A DNA stretch of 64,000 bases, taken from the sequence record PP400788. One strand, 5' to 3'. The first letter of the stretch is position 1. Each line of letters starts with the position of its first letter. This DNA is from Escherichia phage FL33. A model generated the notes under the pieces. That model had not been told where the DNA came from and ran no database searches. It saw only the letters and a list, made by a program, of their open reading frames with translations. Shown here piece by piece: positions 59,517-64,000 of this stretch. The position numbers were made by a program, and so were the translations under genes.

Positions 59517-59924
59517 TTAATTTAGAAACCTTATCCAATCACCGCCAGCAATACCACAACCTATGCGTGGAATGTAAATTACTGGTTTAAACAAAAGGGT
59601 TTCTGCCTGTAGATTTAATTCTATCATGCAGTTTACTAAAGCACCATAATCAAGATTAGGACCTGGTTCGTATTGTGTATACAGGTTATAGCATATACCA
59701 AATCCTGTAGGATTATGTTTAAAAACAATAGACATATCACCTAATTTATCACGAGAACCGTACTCAGTAGTGGTTTTATCTATTTCTAAAATTTTAGGAT
59801 AGGCCCTTGCTAATTGACCTGCTACACCTGAACCCATAGTATGAAAGCAGTTGCACCCATGCGCAATAATATTACCTTGAAGAAATAGGGCGACAATATC
59901 GCCCTTGATATATTTTACAATCAT
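59517..59924 (-). CDS. macro-domain-like protein, 135 aa
   Basis: GDI...NIIAHGCN...GSGVAGQLARA and IPRIGCGIAGG resemble macrodomain diphosphate-binding loops; by eye only. Confidence 0.4.
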   Translation of the reverse strand: MIVKYIKGDIVALFLQGNIIAHGCNCFHTMGSGVAGQLARAYPKILEIDKTTTEYGSRDKLGDMSIVFKHNPTGFGICYNLYTQYEPGPNLDYGALVNCMIELNLQAETLLFKPVIYIPRIGCGIAGGDWIRFLN

Positions 59925-60262
59925 CTAGTACTCAATCCTCGATTATAAGAATCTACCAAACGGTCAACCATTGAATGACAAGCGGCTTTATCTTTCTCCT
60001 CCGCAACTGAACATTCTAAGGTATTCCACTTTTTAGCATATCGTTTTAATAAAGTATCATTTTTGTATCTGCTTGATTTATCTCTTTCTCCGTCTTTATA
60101 TGCATATATTAATTTCTGCGCAAATTCAGCTTGGCATGCTTTATTTTTCCCGCAATAATCCGCGGCAGTACGGTTTACATACTCTCTAATTTCAGTATAT
60201 GATGTATTTGCTAACGCAGAAAATGAAATTAATCCTATACATAAAACCAAAATTTTAGTCAT
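59921..60262 (-). CDS. secreted protein, 113 aa
   Basis: N-terminal signal peptide (cleavage near ALA-NT). Confidence 0.5.
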   Translation of the reverse strand: MTKILVLCIGLISFSALANTSYTEIREYVNRTAADYCGKNKACQAEFAQKLIYAYKDGERDKSSRYKNDTLLKRYAKKWNTLECSVAEEKDKAACHSMVDRLVDSYNRGLSTR

Positions 60263-60800
60263 TTACTATTTCCAGTAGTTTATTATTTTTAAGGTAGTTA
60301 GCCTTTTCTAGGACTTCAGAAGCATATTTAGAACCTGCTTTAACATTCCATCCCGAATTATAAGAGGATATTGCCTTTCTTATATCACCCTTATGTATAT
60401 TTAACCAATAAGAAAGTTCAATGTACGCCCAGGAAGCTGAATTGGACCGTTTATTCAACATTCTTTTTATTTCAGCATCGGTCATATTATAACCAAGTTC
60501 CTTAACTCTTGCTCGCATTGTCGGCAAATAATTTTGGAACATTCCATAGGCATGATGCTTTGGTTTAGATTTTAAATTAACTCCGGCAGAGCTTTCTTGC
60601 CATAAAATAGCAGCCATTATATGACCTAATCCGCTCTTGTGGATATTTTTGTGTGTTTTATATTTTCCATCCTTAGAAAATTGTTCCCCGAATTGATACG
60701 CGTAACGCATGTTATCGAGTTGGACATTACTGAAAGTATGCTCGGAGCTATGTGCCATCATTGAAATGGCCAATAGACCAGCGAGTAGTGCTTTTCTCAT
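60255..60800 (-). CDS. secreted protein, 181 aa
   Basis: Signal peptide MRKALLAGLLAISMMAHS. Confidence 0.5.
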   Translation of the reverse strand: MRKALLAGLLAISMMAHSSEHTFSNVQLDNMRYAYQFGEQFSKDGKYKTHKNIHKSGLGHIMAAILWQESSAGVNLKSKPKHHAYGMFQNYLPTMRARVKELGYNMTDAEIKRMLNKRSNSASWAYIELSYWLNIHKGDIRKAISSYNSGWNVKAGSKYASEVLEKANYLKNNKLLEIVND

Positions 60801-60807
60801 GCTTACC

Positions 60808-61269
60808 TCATTGAGTTTTAATTACTGCTTTAGAAGCCTTTCCCGGTAAACGACGACTGTTGATAATTGCCATCCTGCACTGAAGTGACGGGTCTTTGAA
60901 CTTCTCGTTAGGTTTACAAACTGTAAATCCAAGCCAAAGATTTCCATCGGTGATTTCTAAACGCCCAGGACGATATTCAACCCCATCAATAAAATCCTCA
61001 TTAATGTCAGGACGCGGAGGCATACTTAGGAATTCATTAACTTCTAAAACATGGTCTTTTATTTTATGGAATAATTCAAAAACATATGTCTCATCAATCT
61101 CCCGTTGAATTGCACGATCAAGAAGATGTTGAGAATATTTTAGATGAAACGATGAGACCCCTGCTGCTTTTGATGCCTCACGAATCTCATTGTTAATTTG
61201 ACGAAACTCCGACTCAAAGTGACGACGGAGCTTATTTCGACGGATAAAAACTTCTGTGTTGATAGTCAT
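60808..61269 (-). CDS. regB: endoribonuclease RegB, 153 aa
   Basis: Length equals T4 RegB as recalled; basic N-terminus; early promoter upstream. Confidence 0.8.
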   Translation of the reverse strand: MTINTEVFIRRNKLRRHFESEFRQINNEIREASKAAGVSSFHLKYSQHLLDRAIQREIDETYVFELFHKIKDHVLEVNEFLSMPPRPDINEDFIDGVEYRPGRLEITDGNLWLGFTVCKPNEKFKDPSLQCRMAIINSRRLPGKASKAVIKTQ

Positions 61270-61296
61270 GTTATTCTCCTCTTAACTGATAGAAAA

Positions 61297-61326
61297 ATTA
61301 TACCACAGTCAAGAGGAAAAGTAAAC
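61297..61326 (-). promoter_or_regulatory. T4-type early promoter
   Basis: GTTTAC 61321-61326, TGTGGTATAAT -10. Confidence 0.55.
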
Positions 61327-61328
61327 AG

Positions 61329-61649
61329 TTATTCTTTAAATCTAATCAATTTATTCATAGACTTTGAAACTTCTGCACGAACCTCATGTAGGTTTTTAAG
61401 CTGTTCAAGACGCTGCTCATAGTAAGCAATTTCATCTTCTTCGAGACAGTCCTGTGAATCTTCTTTAAGATAACTCGCATAGTCCTGGAAAGCTTTACGA
61501 ACTACTTCCTGGAAGTCATCAAGACTTTGAATTTTCTTAGGAGCAACAGATACACGACGAGGGGCAGTATAATACTCATAACCAAACCCTGCGCTTAATT
61601 GAGCCATTAATATTTTTCCTCTGGTTGGAACACAGCACGACAAGCCCAC
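61329..61649 (-). CDS. hypothetical protein, 106 aa
   Basis: ORF. Confidence 0.5.
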   Translation of the reverse strand: MGLSCCVPTRGKILMAQLSAGFGYEYYTAPRRVSVAPKKIQSLDDFQEVVRKAFQDYASYLKEDSQDCLEEDEIAYYEQRLEQLKNLHEVRAEVSKSMNKLIRFKE

Positions 61650-61873
61650 ATACTGGCTTCTTTGAGTTTCGTTTTAGCAATAGTTAACTGATCGAGGCTT
61701 TCAGCATAATTCTTCGCGAATTCACAGTCTTCACAATTATCTAGTGCTTCCCAGAATTCATCATATAAAGCGTCAAAGATAAGTCCTAAACGAACTTCAG
61801 CATCTTTGATAGCATTCACTTTACCGATTTTCTCTTCAGTATGTGGCTTATAACCCTTAATATCTTCAATCAT
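61607..61873 (-). CDS. hypothetical protein, 88 aa
   Basis: ORF. Confidence 0.45.
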   Translation of the reverse strand: MIEDIKGYKPHTEEKIGKVNAIKDAEVRLGLIFDALYDEFWEALDNCEDCEFAKNYAESLDQLTIAKTKLKEASMWACRAVFQPEEKY

Positions 61874-62087
61874 ATTTTACTTCCTCACCAGTACCCAAAT
61901 CATATTCAACTAAACGAATAGGTTCATGAATGCCATATCCCTGAACAGAAATTTCTGTCGTAGGATAAATTCCATTAATATCACCCATGTTCCACGCTTC
62001 ATTAAATTGCTGTTCGCCTGAATTACTAAACCACTCGGCGAAAGCATTTAGCACATCTTCAGAACCTTCAATAATTATCTTTGCCAT
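61866..62087 (-). CDS. hypothetical protein, 73 aa
   Basis: ORF. Confidence 0.5.
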   Translation of the reverse strand: MAKIIIEGSEDVLNAFAEWFSNSGEQQFNEAWNMGDINGIYPTTEISVQGYGIHEPIRLVEYDLGTGEEVKYD

Positions 62088-62449
62088 TACAGACTCTCAG
62101 TAAAGGTACGAGCGATAACGTCGCGCTGCTGTTCCGGAGTCAGAGAGTTAAAGCGAACTGCATAACCGGATACACGGATGGTCAGCTGCGGATATTTTTC
62201 CGGATGCTTAACTGCATCTTCCAGAGTTTCACGACGCAGAACGTTAACGTTCAGGTGTTGACCACCTTCAATTTTAACCGTAGGCTGTGGTTCAATTTCA
62301 ATTTCACGGGCATGCAAACCGTAGAAAATTTCCGGGTCTACAAAAGAGTCCTCTTTAAAGGTTTTAGAGACAATAATTCGTGCTTGAATACCATCTTCAA
62401 AATAAATAGTACCTTTATGTGTGCCTTCAAGAATTTGATATGCTTTCAT
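62087..62449 (-). CDS. autonomous glycyl radical cofactor (GrcA/YfiD-like), 120 aa
   Basis: C-terminal [25 protein letters not shown] glycyl-radical motif; GC-rich host-like codon usage. Confidence 0.8.
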   Translation of the reverse strand: MKAYQILEGTHKGTIYFEDGIQARIIVSKTFKEDSFVDPEIFYGLHAREIEIEPQPTVKIEGGQHLNVNVLRRETLEDAVKHPEKYPQLTIRVSGYAVRFNSLTPEQQRDVIARTFTESL

Positions 62450-62456
62450 ATAAACC

Positions 62457-62783
62457 TCAATTAGAAAATAAATTTATCCAAGATTGTTCTTTAATTAAAA
62501 ATGGCTCAGAATCATATGCCATTAAACTCTGTGTGATTAGTCCTTTAAAAGGTCCATCAATAAATTCCATGGTAAAATATGGAATTTTATTCATTAACTG
62601 TGCGTTAGGAGCAGTGCACAAAACTCTGCATCCTTTGAATACACCTTTTTGTAATTTGTATTGCTTGGGATAAAATTCGCTTAAAATGTTGTTATTTGCC
62701 AAAATTTCAAAATGATTTACCAATTTATTTTTAATAGTTTTTGGCGAAAAATAGAGATATTCGAAAAGTTGCGTATCTGTCAT
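62457..62783 (-). CDS. hypothetical protein, about 108 aa
   Basis: Start set at the stop/start overlap with upstream ORF; track ORF extends to 62837. Confidence 0.45.
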   Translation of the reverse strand: MTDTQLFEYLYFSPKTIKNKLVNHFEILANNNILSEFYPKQYKLQKGVFKGCRVLCTAPNAQLMNKIPYFTMEFIDGPFKGLITQSLMAYDSEPFLIKEQSWINLFSN

Positions 62784-63352
62784 CATTGCATCCCAATTAC
62801 GAAAAACTGTGGACGAGTAATACCACCAATGCAACATTTACTATTGCAGCAGTAATGTACAGTGTCAATATGGACACTATAAATTTTATCCATATCTGGA
62901 GCTTTAACAGGCTCATCAATTATATACAAAATTCGCGAAAGCAATAAACCCCTGAACTTGCTTCCTTTATTGCCAATAAAACTGCGCACAGAATCAGTAA
63001 ATAAGCGGAATCGAATATCATCATTAGAATAACGCGAAAATTCTTTTTTAATGTGGCCCGCAGAAATTTTAGCGTAAGCTGAAGTATTAGAAAGAACAAT
63101 AACTGTTCCGCCATCATACAGCCAATTAGCAGCGAAGTTAGTCACAGCAGTTGATTTACCGGATTGACGTCCACCATCTAGTCGAAGTGTGCAATACTGT
63201 TTGAGTAAGTCTTCAAATGGTGGGGTATAATCGTTTTTACAAATTTCTTCTACTCTAGCATCAGAATGGTGTGTAAAAGCATTCATCAGGGATAGATAAG
63301 GACCAGTTAAAAATGTTTTCATTTTGTTATCTCTAAATTTGGGCCATTCCAT
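62783..63352 (-). CDS. P-loop NTPase-like protein, 189 aa
   Basis: Walker A-like GGRQSGKST. Confidence 0.5.
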   Translation of the reverse strand: MEWPKFRDNKMKTFLTGPYLSLMNAFTHHSDARVEEICKNDYTPPFEDLLKQYCTLRLDGGRQSGKSTAVTNFAANWLYDGGTVIVLSNTSAYAKISAGHIKKEFSRYSNDDIRFRLFTDSVRSFIGNKGSKFRGLLLSRILYIIDEPVKAPDMDKIYSVHIDTVHYCCNSKCCIGGITRPQFFVIGMQ

Positions 63353-63475
63353 GGCGCATGAATTGTCCGTTTCTGTATTTACCCATTACCGCACTTGGGC
63401 TCGACCTTATTACAGGTTGGCGGGAATCCCTCACAGAATCATGAGGCCCAGCTTGTTCCCATATTTCTTATTTGC

Positions 63476-63949
63476 TTATTTGAACGATTTAACGTACTGA
63501 ATAGAACCTTTACTATTCACGAAAGCGATTTTACCATTTTTATTATACATGGTAGCAGTACGTTGATAGCCATAAGTTTGTTTACCAGATTGATAACCAA
63601 CTAATGCAAAATTATCTTCACCCATTTTATTCTGTTTAGCGCGAATGCGTTCATGACCATGTGCCATAAGAACCTTAGCATCACCAGTTGCAATGGATCT
63701 ACGAGTTTTTTCATCTTCAACTGTATTAACAAAGTCGTCAAATGAATCAAATTTAGCATGAGATTTATTATACAGTTTTCCATCTACTGCATAATTATAT
63801 CCCTGTACATCCATCTCAACTTCTGTACCATCATCCAATACAGCAGTGATTTTTTGACCTTTTTTAAATTTCAAAAGATCAGTAAAAGATTCAGCAATAA
63901 TTTGAGAATTAATAGCTGCTTCAGTGATAAATTCTTGATATGTTTTCAT
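63476..63949 (-). CDS. hypothetical protein, 157 aa
   Basis: ORF. Confidence 0.5.
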   Translation of the reverse strand: MKTYQEFITEAAINSQIIAESFTDLLKFKKGQKITAVLDDGTEVEMDVQGYNYAVDGKLYNKSHAKFDSFDDFVNTVEDEKTRRSIATGDAKVLMAHGHERIRAKQNKMGEDNFALVGYQSGKQTYGYQRTATMYNKNGKIAFVNSKGSIQYVKSFK

Positions 63950-64000
63950 ATGTTTCCTTTAAATGTAAATATTTTTACCGTAATACTTATACCAATGTGG

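Noticed and set aside
63353-63475. GC-rich roughly 120-bp intergenic stretch that looked like a possible tRNA or small RNA
   Set aside because: I could not fold a cloverleaf (no acceptor stem or T-loop consensus) on either strand, and only short weak stems are present.
1-64000. CRISPR arrays, rRNA or tRNA genes, integrase or attachment sites
   Set aside because: No direct-repeat/spacer arrays, no rRNA-like or tRNA-like sequence and no integrase ORF were seen; the only repeated elements are promoters and UUCG hairpins.

Overview
This window is a contiguous ~64 kb segment of a T-even (T4-like, Tevenvirinae) phage genome, running from the denB/rIIB/rIIA region to just past regB. Almost every gene is on the minus strand and the order is co-linear with T4. 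Recognisable products, assigned from recalled T4 protein lengths, motifs and synteny with no database search, include rIIB, rIIA, topoisomerase gp39, DexA, Dda, ModA/ModB, Soc, gp56, primase gp61, Spackle, Dmd, helicase gp41, UvsX, dCMP hydroxymethylase gp42, Imm, DNA polymerase gp43, RegA, gp62/gp44/gp45, RpbA, gp46/gp47, alpha-glucosyltransferase, gp55, NrdH/NrdG/NrdD, endonuclease VII, Pin, NrdC, RI, thymidine kinase and RegB. Intergenic regions carry stereotyped early promoters (GTTTAC, 18 nt, TATAAT-like) and UUCG-type RNA hairpins. Differences from T4 that I can see: gene 39 is one unsplit ORF, a 280-aa GT-A-like glycosyltransferase sits at the beta-gt locus (T2/T6 type), two Seg-like GIY-YIG homing endonuclease genes are present, and no dam/69 lies between genes 56 and 61. 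I found no single clear-cut novel system; the best candidates for follow-up are a tandem four-gene paralog family with C-terminal coiled coils, a pol-beta-type nucleotidyltransferase beside a P-loop ATPase, a macro-domain-like protein, a GC-rich GrcA-like glycyl-radical gene, and a plus-strand membrane-peptide ORF in the 56-61 gap. No tRNA, rRNA, CRISPR array or intron was detected.
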